Origin: an uncultured Nitrospinota bacterium
GTDB taxonomy: Bacteria > Tectomicrobia > Entotheonellia > J063 > CAVPRW01
NCBI GenBank assembly: GCA_963707985.1
Contig: CAVPRW010000048.1
Span: 64,001-128,000, forward strand
Reading direction: 5' to 3'
DNA: 64,000 nucleotides
Shown here: positions 34,168 to 45,119 of the stretch, piece by piece
How positions within the stretch are numbered: the first letter of the stretch is position 1
Layout of the letters: the number at the start of each line of letters is the position of its first letter
Translations under genes and position numbers: made by a program
The notes under the pieces: generated by a model
Seen by the model: only the letters and a program-made list of their open reading frames with translations
Database searches by the model: none
What the model was told of the DNA's origin: nothing

Positions 34168-35955
34168 ATGATTCACGCACAGGAACGTGGCACCGAGGCA
34201 TGGTGGACGGAAACCGGCGCGGAGGAATGGGCGGATGCGATTGTCGCCGCCATGAAGCTGGGCGGCGTCGATAACCTCTTCTTCGTCTCCGGCTCGGAGC
34301 TCAGCTTTTTTCAGGAGGCCATCGCGAAAGCCCAGAGCCTGGGCCGACCCGCGCCGCGCTTGGTGACGATGACCCACGAGCATGTGGCCCTGAATGCGGC
34401 CTTGGGGAACGCCATGGTCCGCAACCAGCCGGCGGCCACCGCGGTGCACGTCGATGTCGGCACCTTGCACTACGGCGCCGCCATTCATACCGCTTGGCGT
34501 GGCGGTTATCCCGTACTGATGATGGCCGGCACTGGGCCGCGGGCCTTTCCCGACTCGATGCGAGGCGCCCGCGGCAGCGGCGTGCAATGGGTCCAGGAGC
34601 CTCGCGACCAGGGCGAAATCGTGCGGCAGTATACCAAACTGGATCACCGGACTGGAGCATCAGGACAATCCAGGGCTGATGATCAGCCGGTTGCTCCAGG
34701 TGGCGATGAGCGAGCCCAGGGGGCCGGTCTACGTCAGCGTGCCGCAGGAGACCGCCATGCTGCCCCTAGCGGGGACCACCCGGTTTCCTACACGCGACCA
34801 ACTGGGCTTGGCCCGGCCCGTCTGGCCCGATCCCTCCGACGCCCGCCAGATCGCCACGTGGCTGGTGCAGGCCGACAACCCGGTGCTCTATACCAGCAGG
34901 GCCGGCCGCGATCCCGAGGCGGTGACGGAGCTGGTACGGCTCGCGGAGCTGCTGGCCATCCCGGTCATGGAGTCCGGCAGCGCCGACCGGCTGAATTTCC
35001 CGATGACGCACTGGGCCTATGGCACCGGCCCTGCGGCGAAAGATGCCGACGTGGTGTTAGTGATGGAAGACATCGTGCCGTTCACACCCGGACGCGACTC
35101 CCCCAGCCCCGAGGCCAAGATCGCCTGGGTCGCCATCGACCCGGTTCTGTCGCGCTATAAGACCATGGAGTTCCGGGCCGACCTCTGGATCCCTGCCGCT
35201 GTAGCCGCGGTGGCCCGTGCAGTGCACGAAGCCGCCACCGGCATGCTGACGCAAAGCGCCATGAGCCGCATCGCCGACCGCCGTGCGCGGCTGGAGCAGC
35301 GCAAGCGCGACATCGTCGCACGTGAAGAGGCCCTGGCCCAGGAGGATATCGAGCATGGCAAGCTCACGTGGACGGGTGGTGGGGTACGAGCTGGGCAAGC
35401 TGCTCGCGCCCGATGCCATCGTGCTCAACGACGGCTTGAGCAACGGCGGTTTCGTCCAGAGCTATGCGCGCCGTACCCAGCCAGGCACGTACTTTCGCAG
35501 TGGCAGTAGCTCCGGTGGTTGGGGCAGTGGGGCCTCATTCGGCGTGAAGCTGGCCCGTCCCGACCAGGACGTCATCCATGCCACAGGCGACGGATACTTC
35601 ATGTTCGGCACTCCCTTGCCGGCCCTGTGGGCGGCCAGCCACCATCAGGCGGCCTACATGGCAGTCGTGTTCGTCAACGGGTCGTACAGCACCGGCACGT
35701 CTGGCCTGCGCAGTGCTTACCCCGAGGGCTACGGCATGTCGGCGGGGAACTACGAGGGTGGCACCTTCGAGCCACCGCCAAACTTCGCCAAGCTAGCCGA
35801 AGCTGTCAACGGCTACGGCGAGCAGGTCACCGAGCTGTCCCAACTGGCGCTGGCGCTCGAAGCGCGGCCTCGAGCACACCCGTAATCACATCCCAGCCGT
35901 CATCGCCGTGCGCGTGCCTGGGCCCATGCAAGGGGCCTGGGGCAGGGAGTCGTGA
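34168..35955 (+). CDS. ThDP-dependent enzyme (acetolactate synthase/benzoylformate decarboxylase-like); three apparent frameshifts
   Basis: MTHEHVA, HVDVGT, SEPRGPVYV, TGDGYFMF..N motif. Confidence 0.85.
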
Positions 35956-36055
35956 GACCAGGGAGACGTCGTTTTGGTTATAGATAGCGGCCATCTCTTG
36001 ACCCACAACGCGAATCGCCTCCCGCGGCTCGGCTACGGATCAGAGGAGAATCATC

Positions 36056-36976
36056 GTGGTCCAGTTTTCCTTTCGCCCTCCCAATGCAGATTATCTTGGC
36101 TTTGAAGCGACCCCAGCGGGGATTATCACGACAGCGTGCAAGGCGGAGGCCCTGGGGTTTGATGCGGTGCTCGTGAACGACCATATCATCGTCGATAGCT
36201 CCCAGCGGTCCGCGGTGTGGACCAATACCTACGACCCATTGATCGCCCTGTCCTTTATCGCGGCTCACACCAGACGCATTCGCCTAGGAACCTCAATGCT
36301 CATCATGCCGTATCGCAACCCCATTGCCACCGCGAAGATGCTGGCCACGCTGGATCGGATGTCAGCCGGGCGTGTCATCGCTGGCGTGGGGGTCGGATGG
36401 GATGAAGCCGAGTTTCAAGCCCTGGGGGTGCCGTTTCATGAGCGCGGTGCACGCACCACAGAATACCTGCGTCTCTGGCAAGCCTGTTGGGCGCCGGGTG
36501 AGGTGTCCTTCGAGGGCAAGTTCTTTGCCTTCGCCAACATGCACGTCAGTCCCAAGCCGCAGCAGCAACCGCATCCCCCGATCTGGATCGGTGGCTCCAG
36601 TCCTGCGGCCTTGCGACGAGCAGCGGCGTTCGCCCAGGTGTGGCAACCCACACCGATGCCGTTGGCGGAGTTGATTAACCTACAGGCCGATCTGCGCCAG
36701 GCCTGTGAGAAGATCGGACGTCAGGACACTCCGGAAACGCGCATGAGCTTTCGAGTGAATTTCAGCGCGATTACAGGCAATACGACGCCATCGGGGGCAG
36801 AACGGCCAACGGGGCAAGGCACACCGCAGCATGTGGCGGAGGACATCCAGCGCCATCGGCACGAGGCTGGATTGGAGGCCTTCCAGATTAATTTCAATGG
36901 CTGTCATAGCCTGGAACAGCTCTTGGCCTCGATGGATTGCTTTATGCAGGAGGTCAAACCCCTGGTGGAGCCATAA
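36056..36976 (+). CDS. LLM-class (F420-dependent-type) oxidoreductase
   Basis: AEALGFDAVLVNDHI, RIRLGTS..PYRNP..AKMLATLD, PKPQQQPHPPIWIGG. Confidence 0.92.
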   Translation: MVQFSFRPPNADYLGFEATPAGIITTACKAEALGFDAVLVNDHIIVDSSQRSAVWTNTYDPLIALSFIAAHTRRIRLGTSMLIMPYRNPIATAKMLATLDRMSAGRVIAGVGVGWDEAEFQALGVPFHERGARTTEYLRLWQACWAPGEVSFEGKFFAFANMHVSPKPQQQPHPPIWIGGSSPAALRRAAAFAQVWQPTPMPLAELINLQADLRQACEKIGRQDTPETRMSFRVNFSAITGNTTPSGAERPTGQGTPQHVAEDIQRHRHEAGLEAFQINFNGCHSLEQLLASMDCFMQEVKPLVEP

Positions 36977-37035
36977 CAGCACAATGCCGTGAACACTTGG
37001 GCTTATGAGGTGAGTTACTTGCGAGGGGGTGCGTT

Positions 37036-37953
37036 ATGCCTACTGACCTGACATTACAGAAGGTGCGACTATCGGTGAGCAACGCGGTTCACTCTCTAGC
37101 AGTCTTGGTGGCACGCGATGAAGGCCTCTTCCGCGACCAAGGGCTGGATGTGGAGATCGTCAGGACGCCCGGCTCAGCCCATGTCGACACGGACCGCCAG
37201 GCCGTGCGCGAGGCCATCTTCGAGCGCCCCCTGGAGGCCCTGTACAACACCGGCGGGATGGACCAGTTCCGCCTTTGTGAATGGGGCGTCATGAAGCGCG
37301 CGGTGGATGGGGAGCTGTGCGGTCAGCGGCCGGCCAAGATCGTCGGCCTGGGCGCCGCCATGTCCAAATTTGCCATTGTGGCATCCCCTCACAGCGGCAT
37401 CTTCGAGCCGGAGCAGCTCAAGGATCGGCCAGTGGCGGTGACGATTTACAACGGTTCCCACTTCACCACCCTGAAGATGTTGGAAGGCTTTCTGCGAAGG
37501 GAAGATATCAAGGTCACCAACGCAGGGACGATGCCTCAACGGCTCGAAGCCGTGCGCCGGGGTGAGTTGGCGGCCGCGACGTTCAACGAGCCCTGGATCA
37601 GCGTGGCCCAGAAGCAAGGCTTCCGCATCATCATGGAGAGCCACTCCACCCGTAGTGAGGCAGCTGGCGACGAGATGGACGGCTCGACCCTGGCGGCATT
37701 GTTCCGCGCCGAGGCCGAGGCCGCGCACATGATCAATGCCAATCCAGGTCGATATGCCCATTACCTCACGGAAGAAGCCCGTGGTTTGCTGGAGCCGCAC
37801 GAGCTGCAGACCTGGCGCCTCCTGTACGCGCCACCGGCTCCATACACCCGAGAGCGTTTCGGGCGCACCTACCAGTGGATGCTGGGGTATCCCGAGTTGG
37901 TCGCTCCAGGTGCAACGTATGAGGCGGTCGTCGACAACCGTGCGTGGGAGTAG
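37036..37953 (+). CDS. NMT1/SsuA-like ABC substrate-binding protein
   Basis: VARDEGLFRDQGLDVEI, GSHFTTLKMLEG, AATFNEPWIS; no signal peptide evident. Confidence 0.75.
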   Translation: MPTDLTLQKVRLSVSNAVHSLAVLVARDEGLFRDQGLDVEIVRTPGSAHVDTDRQAVREAIFERPLEALYNTGGMDQFRLCEWGVMKRAVDGELCGQRPAKIVGLGAAMSKFAIVASPHSGIFEPEQLKDRPVAVTIYNGSHFTTLKMLEGFLRREDIKVTNAGTMPQRLEAVRRGELAAATFNEPWISVAQKQGFRIIMESHSTRSEAAGDEMDGSTLAALFRAEAEAAHMINANPGRYAHYLTEEARGLLEPHELQTWRLLYAPPAPYTRERFGRTYQWMLGYPELVAPGATYEAVVDNRAWE

Positions 37954-38052
37954 ACCAGTACATCTGGAACGCTCAAGCGCCTGCCGGACCAGCGCGCCGA
38001 GCCGCCGCTGCCCATCTGAGGGACGACGGGGCGCGACCTGATAAGCATTCCT

Positions 38053-39786
38053 TCACAGGCGCGCCTGGCGCATCTCATCTTGCAGAGCGGGGAGTTGTCG
38101 ATACTGGGCCCGCAGCGATTGCAGATAGACATCCCAGTCGGCAACAGCATCGATGGATTTATAGACCGCTTTCATCCGTTTCAGGTATTGCACCGCCTGC
38201 TGATAGGTCCGCCGGTCCCGTCCGCGGATGGCGTGCTCGACCAGCTCCGTATAGAGTGCCAGCGCTTCCCGCGCATGGCTTTTCTCGGCCGCCTGCGCCA
38301 CCTGCCACTGGTAGTGCCCTTGCTCCCACGGCTGCATCCGGGGGAGCAGCTCAAGGGCTCGTGAAACATCCCCCTCGTGCAGGGCGATCACGGTGAGGGG
38401 GCCGAATCGTTTACTTCCCTCCAGGGCTTTGAGTGCCTCGGCCCGCACCTGGTCCCAGGTACCCAGCTTGCGACTCACCTCTCGTAAGGCCTGGAATGCT
38501 TCGGCGGATGGGCGCAGTAGGAAGCCTTTCTGCTGCCAGGTGAGCGCCTCCCGGCGGCGGCCATGTTTGCGGTAGTACTTCACCAGCCAGTCCATGCACC
38601 ACGCCGAGCCACGCTCTCCTTGTGCGTGCTCGCTGACGAGCGCCACCGCCGTCTCCGCCGCGCCTGCCGCCACGAGCGCATCGGCAAATTCGCTGACCAG
38701 ACCGGGCTTGTCGGCAACCAACTGCCGCATCAAGCCCACGGCCTCGTCGATCCTTCCCTCATCGATGAGCAAAAAAGCGCGCTGCTCAGGCGTGCCCAGC
38801 TCCCGGATGAGCGCCCCGGCGTCTTCAGCCCGTCCCGTGCGCTCCTTGCATTCGCGCAGGAGGTTGACCAGGGCCTGCCGCGCCCAGTCGCCACTCTTCT
38901 GGATCTCCGCTCGCACCCGCGCTTCGATCCACGACCAGTCCGCAGCGGTGGCCTGCTCCAAGAGGGCGTCCCAGGCGCTCGGTGCCAGGTCGATCCCGCC
39001 CAGGGCGATATCGGTCAGTTCGGCCTCCAGCAGCGCCTCCAGCCATCGCTGACGCGTTTCGCTGTCCGGATGTCCCGCTTCGAGGCACCGGCTCACCCCC
39101 TCGGCCACCTCGTTCACGAACATGGCGATGTCGCCTTCTTCATCCATCTCCTGCAACTCGTCGCTGTAATCGCTGACCGTCTCGGCTAGCAGCACATGAT
39201 ATACCCCGCCCGCGCCCAGCCAATCTCCAGCCTTCTCCAGGCGAGCCGCGGTATCCCGCAGCGCCCAGAGCTCCCGGTCGATGGCACGCAAGCTATCAGC
39301 GCGCAGCGCCCGCCGGATCTGGCGGCGATACATTTCCAGATTCGTCGGCCCGCCCAGCTGCGTGGCCGTGGACAATTCCACGACCGACATCAGGTCGGGA
39401 TAGCGCTTGATCATCTCCCCGATAAGGGAGATAAGTTCCTGTTGACTGCGTGAGGCGAGCAATGCCTCCAGCGGCGGGATGACCCGAAACGCCTGAGGCT
39501 CGTGGACATAAGCGAGCAGTAGGGCGACGAGATGCTTGCAGATACCAGCGCCCGAATAAGGGCAGGTGCATGCGCTGCTGCCAAGCCCCTTACCCTCCAG
39601 GGTGGCGCTCACCTGATAGGGCTCATATTGCGAGCCCTCACACTCCGCCCGTAACTCCATCCCCTGACGCACGGGGTCGAGGATCGCCCCGCTGTGGTAA
39701 TAGCTCTTGCCCCGCTCAAAGCTCGCTCCACTCGCCATGCCGCGGATGCTCGATTCGCTCAGCTCGGGTAAGGTCTCCGTCACCAT
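38053..39786 (-). CDS. SWIM zinc-finger protein with helical repeat C-terminus
   Basis: SFERGKSYY, CTCPYSGAGICKHLVALL, YRQLPALQDEM. Confidence 0.85.
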   Translation of the reverse strand: MVTETLPELSESSIRGMASGASFERGKSYYHSGAILDPVRQGMELRAECEGSQYEPYQVSATLEGKGLGSSACTCPYSGAGICKHLVALLLAYVHEPQAFRVIPPLEALLASRSQQELISLIGEMIKRYPDLMSVVELSTATQLGGPTNLEMYRRQIRRALRADSLRAIDRELWALRDTAARLEKAGDWLGAGGVYHVLLAETVSDYSDELQEMDEEGDIAMFVNEVAEGVSRCLEAGHPDSETRQRWLEALLEAELTDIALGGIDLAPSAWDALLEQATAADWSWIEARVRAEIQKSGDWARQALVNLLRECKERTGRAEDAGALIRELGTPEQRAFLLIDEGRIDEAVGLMRQLVADKPGLVSEFADALVAAGAAETAVALVSEHAQGERGSAWCMDWLVKYYRKHGRRREALTWQQKGFLLRPSAEAFQALREVSRKLGTWDQVRAEALKALEGSKRFGPLTVIALHEGDVSRALELLPRMQPWEQGHYQWQVAQAAEKSHAREALALYTELVEHAIRGRDRRTYQQAVQYLKRMKAVYKSIDAVADWDVYLQSLRAQYRQLPALQDEMRQARL

Positions 39787-39897
39787 AGAAGCACCCTCCA
39801 ATCGTCGCTTCCCTTCCGTTCGAACCTGAGTGCGATGCCCCACCGGGACGCGGGGACAGCTGAATACTGGCGGGCGATGTTCAAGGGAGACACATGG

Positions 39898-40332
39898 TCA
39901 GCCTTCAGCTGTGCTCATCGCCAGCGCAAACGCTTGCTGGTGGAGCTGTTCGCGATCGATCATGGCTTCGAGTTGTGTGTCCGTATGTTGCCCCTCGAAA
40001 GCTTCGAGAGCTGCACGCTTTAAAGCATCGGGGTAGGCTTCTGCCATGACCTCGCGCACTTCCTGTTCGGAGAGATAGAAACCGCCCGACTTGCGTCGTT
40101 TGTTCACACGTTGTATTGGGCGGCTGGCGTTCCAGATGGAGTATTCCCAAGAGCGCGCTGTCCGCCGTTCGGCGTGCTTCTTGATCAGATGCAGGAGCAG
40201 CACGACCGCAAAGCTATCGATTTTATTGATCTTATCATCCTTGGACAGCTCTTCCATCTCTTCGATAAGCCGAAGCGCTTCGGCGTACTGTCCCTGCTCG
40301 ATATACGCCTTGAGGTCGAAGAGTTCTTCCAT
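39898..40332 (-). CDS. DUF29 family protein
   Basis: IEEMEELSKDDKINKI..LLLHLIK..RSWEYSI. Confidence 0.75.
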   Translation of the reverse strand: MEELFDLKAYIEQGQYAEALRLIEEMEELSKDDKINKIDSFAVVLLLHLIKKHAERRTARSWEYSIWNASRPIQRVNKRRKSGGFYLSEQEVREVMAEAYPDALKRAALEAFEGQHTDTQLEAMIDREQLHQQAFALAMSTAEG

Positions 40333-40613
40333 ATCGTGCCCCCTCTGATGAGGTACTCCTGAAGGCTGGAGAGCCGCTGGGCCACTCGCCAATCCTCCCA
40401 GCCTGCCAGCTTCAACATGATCCGCTGGCGTTTCTATCTCTTAGCCGATCTCCCTTGAATGCAGAGGAGGAAGAGGGGAATGGGTCGGCCATAGCCAGCG
40501 CCTGCAGGCCGCCTGAACCAATATCTGAGCGCTCAGCGATCGGAGGACTGAGGCTCGACATCTGTCAGCCCTTCATAACCGCAAAGACTTTCAGCGTTGG
40601 GCTGTCGCACTGG

Positions 40614-40893
40614 CTATTCAGCGCGGCCTGTCAGTTTGTCGAGCCCCGCAAAGATCTCGTGTAATACCGCTGTACCAACGCTGCCAATACGCTCTTGCAC
40701 GCGATGTCGATCGATAGCCCGTAGCTGGAACACTAATGCAACCGAAGCCTGGCGTAATCCGTTCTCAGCCGTGGGCAGAATGAGCGCTGTTCCAGCGAAG
40801 CGCATAGCTGCCCTTGCCGTGGTCAGTGGGACGACCAGCACGACGGGCAACCCTCCGGCGTATTGATCATCCTGAAGGATCACCGCTGGCCTG
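40614..40893 (-). pseudogene. PemK/MazF toxin lacking its N-terminus
   Basis: RPAVILQDD..VLVVPLT..ENGL..SVALVFQLRAIDRHR. Confidence 0.8.
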
Positions 40894-41049
40894 TTCCCAT
40901 TGGTCAAATTCTGCCTGCAATGCCGGCGTGACATCCGCTGGGCCGATGATAATGTCCACGTGGGCTCCATCAGGCAAAGGTGTGTCATTTTGGGGTACTA
41001 CGAGACCGTTTTTAACGATCCCTGGGATTACCACACGTTTGGTGGCCAT
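40867..41049 (-). pseudogene. Putative antitoxin, 3' truncated and abutting the PemK fragment
   Basis: GIVKNGLVVP..PLPDGAHVDI..LQAEFDQWEQAS. Confidence 0.55.
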
Positions 41050-41459
41050 GTTGTGCGCCTCCGAAGTTCTGGTTCGCTCGTTCTGCAAGGCAGCTTTCTC
41101 AACAAGCTGGTATTCATGATGCCAGCCGCCCAGGGTCAGACACGCCACCACCCATACATATTCCGGAAGTGGGTGTCGGTGTGCGTATAGCGGTCCTGAT
41201 CGTGAGGAGGGCAGCCGTGGGATGCCCAGCCCTAAAACCATGTGAGGGCGGCCAGCATTGTCATGTCATACCCATGCTTTCAAGACTCGCCGCAGGTGAT
41301 CATCCGTCAGACGCTGTAGGGGGTGGGCTCCATGCCTTGGCTCGACCAAGAGAAGCGACCGGGCTTCTCTCGTTGCCAATGCCATGAAGACACTGACATC
41401 GACCACATTCCTCACGCCGATCCTTCTGTCCAATGGAAGATCTAAGCCACCCCTTGCGA

Positions 41460-41678
41460 ATGACGGGGTAAAGTCGTCACGACAGAGATAGTTTTCGTGT
41501 GCAAGAGATCGAGGAACTCCCGCTATGAGAGCCCTAAAAGCTCTGACGCCTTTCCTCTTGTGATGCGGCGTTCCCGGAATAACTCCAAGACCACCGCCTC
41601 GGTGAGGGCCTGGGGTAGGCCTTCGTCAGGCCCAAGCAATTGGGCCGGTTCATCGGGAACTTGAATGGTCTTTGACAT
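41460..41678 (-). pseudogene. UPF0175 family antitoxin-like, internal stop at 41523-41525
   Basis: AVVLELFRERRITRGKASELLGLS*REFLDLL. Confidence 0.6.
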
Positions 41679-41819
41679 GGTGATCTCCTGATCTGATCCT
41701 TGTCGTGGAGTAGATCAACCAATCCCTTATTTAAAATCTTGCCGCCAGGATCACCCGGACATCTTCATCCAGCCGCAGAGCAGGGCTGGCCGTGACCAAA
41801 CCGGTCCCCTTTGCGCCAG

Positions 41820-42010
41820 CCAAGCTTCGAGCTTCCCCGAGGTCGTCTGCTCAGCCTCCCCGCACTCACCGACGAGGATATTTCTGCGATCTCACAACTT
41901 TTAACGTTCGTCGTCATCATCCCCGTCGACTCTCGCCTGGCCCGTTTGGCTGGATACCTTCGCCGAGCCTATCCCCTAAAAACCGCCGATAGTGCCACTG
42001 CCACCACAGG
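41820..42010 (+). pseudogene. PIN (VapC) toxin fragment
   Basis: IIPVDSRLARLAGYLRRAYPLKTADS. Confidence 0.55.
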
Positions 42011-42146
42011 CTGGCAGATCAACACGGCCTTCATGAAGTGTGCGAACGGCGCGATTCGCCAGCATGTGGCGGCGGTCGGTCGGCGCGTCGTCACTCTCTG
42101 CAAAGGCTAGGAGGGCGTACGCCACCAGCTGGCCCTCTACCACGGC

Positions 42147-42437
42147 CTATTTCACGATCACTGCCAAGCGGAGATTCAGCGCGTTTAAGAGCGCGGTCAG
42201 GCTAGCGAGTTGAGGATTCCCCTGCTCGGACAGCATGCGGTAGAGGCTTTCGCGATTCAAGTGGGCTTCCGTCGCGAGGTGGCTGATACCCTTCGCTTCT
42301 GCCACATTTCGTAACGCACACAGGAACAACGCCGTGTCCCCTTCCTGCAAAGCGGCGTTGAGATATTCCACCGCTTCAGCAGGGTCTTGGAGAGCAGCCA
42401 AGAGCGACTCTTGATAGCTTTTAGTGAACTTCGTCAT
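42147..42437 (-). CDS. Addiction module antidote (HigA-like HTH)
   Basis: AVEYLNAAL..ALRNVAEAKGIS.LA..LNRESLYRMLS.QGNP. Confidence 0.9.
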   Translation of the reverse strand: MTKFTKSYQESLLAALQDPAEAVEYLNAALQEGDTALFLCALRNVAEAKGISHLATEAHLNRESLYRMLSEQGNPQLASLTALLNALNLRLAVIVK

Positions 42438-42777
42438 GCTCGCGCCTCCTGCGTTGATACTCCACCCAATAATCTTGGGCTTTCCGGATATCGGCGGCTT
42501 GGGTACCCTTATCGCCACCCCATAAGAGTAAGAGGGTGGTGGGACCGCTCTGCGTAAAGTGGACACGGTAGCCAGGCCCATAATCGATCCGGAGTTCCGA
42601 CACGCCCGCCCCCATTGGATGGGCATCGCCAGGATTCCCCAGGCTCAACCGGTCAATCCGCACGCGAATCCGGGCGCGGGCTCTGGCATCCCGCAGGGCC
42701 AGCAACCACTCCTCAAACGGCACCCGGGCATCCGAGGTGACATATAGTTCGATGTGTTGTGGCTGGGCTTCCCCCAT
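42421..42777 (-). CDS. RelE/HigB-like addiction module toxin
   Basis: FEEWL..IDRLSLGNPGD..GVSELRIDYGPGYRV..LLLWGGDKGTQ.ADI. Confidence 0.92.
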   Translation of the reverse strand: MGEAQPQHIELYVTSDARVPFEEWLLALRDARARARIRVRIDRLSLGNPGDAHPMGAGVSELRIDYGPGYRVHFTQSGPTTLLLLWGGDKGTQAADIRKAQDYWVEYQRRRREHDEVH

Positions 42778-42787
42778 AGCCAGTAAT

Positions 42788-42803
42788 GTAGCTTATAAGC
42801 TAC
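42788..42803. promoter_or_regulatory. Putative TA autorepression operator
   Basis: Perfect 16-bp palindrome GTAGCTTATAAGCTAC 10 bp upstream of the toxin start. Confidence 0.6.
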
Positions 42804-43277
42804 GCGGTGACAAGCCAGGAAGAGTCTGACATTGTTGGTGAAGGCGTTCGGTTGCGTACCTCTAGTCCCAGGAGACGCATGGTCGGCAGATTCCTGTCGA
42901 ATCGTAGCCCACCGCCACGAGCATTCCCACGTTCATGCCTGTGGCAAAACTCATCGCACGATAGTTATGGCTTTGGGCATCTTCCCTGAAGACAGCAAGC
43001 GAACCGCTGAGGGCGCAATGCTACGGACTTACGATAGACCGCATCCCGATCCTTGCCATGCCAGTGCACCTTGCCGATCTGCATTTCCAGACACTCGTTC
43101 GTCTCCGGGTCCTCGACCAGGCCCCATGCGGACGCAGATCGCGTTTCGCTTGCGGCGCTGGTCATGACATCGTCTATGTCGTAGGGTCAAAAACCCCAAA
43201 CGCATTTCCTTCCCAACGTTTATGGACCCGCTACCGCTTGCTCCTGGCCATGATTTCCCTCTGGCGACGCCCCATAC

Positions 43278-43387
43278 GGTTCTGTCGCAAATTTGCTTTT
43301 TCGCGAGTTTTGAGGTCTGTAAGTCGTTGAATTGCGGATACTCGATTTTCGGATTTTGCCCCTAAAATCGTAATTTGCGACAGAACT
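43278..43387. mobile_element. MITE with IS6-like ends, copy 1
   Basis: GGTTCTGTCGCAAATT..AATTTGCGACAGAACT inverted ends; homologous to 51046-51154. Confidence 0.75.
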
Positions 43388-43781
43388 CAAAATATTCCGT
43401 GCCATCCAAGGCGATCAGCAACTGGTCCGCAAAGCCCCGCCACGACGCCACGTGCCCCGCCCCGTCCAGGGCGGCATACACCTCGGCAAACACCGGAAAG
43501 AGCTGGGCCGGGGCCACGGGATCGAGCCACGTCCGGATCTGATTATCACAGGGAATGGCGCCCATCCTCAAGAGACTCTCGGCGTTGCTCCGTCCTTTGG
43601 CGTGTTGCCTCGTCCGCTGATAGGCCAAAAACGAGGGTGACTGGGTGAAGAAAACGGCAAACGCCCCCAGGGCGGCATCGATGATCGCGTACCGAGTATT
43701 CTTGCCCTTTCGGTCATCCGGAAGCGCGGCCAGCTGCTGGTGGAGTGCCTGCACCAGGTGATCAAAAGCCAAGGCTTCCAT
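43388..43781 (-). pseudogene. ISNCY-type transposase, truncated at the MITE
   Basis: LPDDRKGKNTRY..DAALGAFAVFFTQSPSFLAYQ..IPCDNQIR..LIALDGTEYF. Confidence 0.8.
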
Positions 43782-43999
43782 CAGAGACCCTCCTCCTCTA
43801 CTTGCGGGGGAAAGTCTGGCCTCTTACCATCTATCGCTGCAGGCCGGCAACTCGCGAGCCTTAAAAATCAAAATGAGAATTGCTGTGCCTGCTGTTTCGG
43901 GCTTGCTTTTTCAAGTTCCCCCCGATAGCATAGTGCGCGATGACAGTTTCTAGAATATCGGGGATAGTTTGGTGCACACGCTATACAGGTGAGGCTGCC

Positions 44000-44221
44000 A
44001 TGCGGGTGATCGTGCTCCCTAAGGGCGAGGAAAAGGAATTTCCCGGACGACGGCGGGTGGCTGACGTCCTAAAGGCCCTCGACATCATTCCCGAAACGGT
44101 CTTGGTGGCACGGGGAAGCATGCTGGTGACTGCGGACGAAACCGTCGAAGCCGATGCCGTGTTACGGATTATCCCGGTGATCTCAGGAGGGTGCAGCGGT
44201 GAAGTGTGTCAAGTGTCGTGA
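44000..44221 (+). CDS. ttuB: Ubiquitin-like sulfur carrier (TtuB/MoaD/ThiS); ISGG followed by 9 extra residues
   Basis: ~64-aa beta-grasp-like sequence ending VISGG at 44191, directly upstream of ttuA. Confidence 0.75.
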   Translation: MRVIVLPKGEEKEFPGRRRVADVLKALDIIPETVLVARGSMLVTADETVEADAVLRIIPVISGGCSGEVCQVS

Positions 44222-45117
44222 CAAGGCAGCTGTACACATTCGGCGCCACAACTCCGCCTTTTGTCAGACGTGTTTCCAGGAGTACTTCACCAATCAGGTC
44301 GCCCGCGCCATCAAGGAAGACCATATGTTCACCCGCGAGGATCGAATTCTGGTGGGCGTGTCCGGGGGTAAGGATAGTCTGGCGCTGTGGGATGTCCTGA
44401 TCAATCTGGGGTATGAAACCGCTGGGTTGCACATTCATCAGGGAATCTTTCGAATACTCCGCCAGTTCGTTCGAGAAAACTACACGGTTTGCCAAAGAGC
44501 GCGATCTGACTCTCATCACCATCGATCTTGCTGCCGAAGGCGACCTGGACATTCCTGGGGTCGCGAGCTCGACCCGACGGACACAGTGCTCAGCCTGCGG
44601 CGTCATCAAGCGCCACTACTTCAATCAGGCGGCCGTCGAAGGTGGCTACACCATCATGGCCACGGGTCATAACCTGGATGATGAGGCCGCTCGTTTGCTC
44701 GGCAACGTGTTGCACTGGCAGACCCCATATCTGGCGGTGCAGAGTCCGGTGCTCGAAGCTACTCACCCGCGTCTGGTCAAAAAGGTTAAGCCGCTCTACC
44801 GTCTCAGCGAGTATGAAACCGCGGCATACGCCTTCCTGCGCGGCATCGACTACATCGTCGAGGAGTGCCCGTTCAGCCACGATGCGATCCAGCTCCAATA
44901 TAAGGAAGCGCTCAATCAGTTGGAGCATCGCTCACCCGGGACCAAGCACGGCTTCGTGCTGGGGTTCATGCGCGAGGGGCGCAAGGCGTTTGCGGAGACA
45001 ACCTCGGTGCATCTGAAGGAATGCCTCTCTTGTGGGTATCCCACCACAGGCGAGGTCTGCGGTTTTTGTCGACTACAGCAGGAAGTTCACAAGAACAACT
45101 CCGGGCGGAGGAACTAG
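44199..45117 (+). CDS. ttuA: tRNA 2-thiouridine synthase TtuA (TtcA/Ncs6 family); frameshift ~44445
   Basis: N-terminal CxxC..C..C, VSGGKDS, CSAC, GHNLDDE, EECP, C-terminal CLSCGYPTTGEVCGFC. Confidence 0.85.
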
Positions 45118-45119
45118 CC

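Noticed and set aside
26989..37953. P450, ThDP enzyme, LLM, hydrolases and MFS as a biosynthetic gene cluster
   Set aside because: Mixed orientations and no scaffold enzyme or precursor peptide; looks like dispersed catabolic genes.
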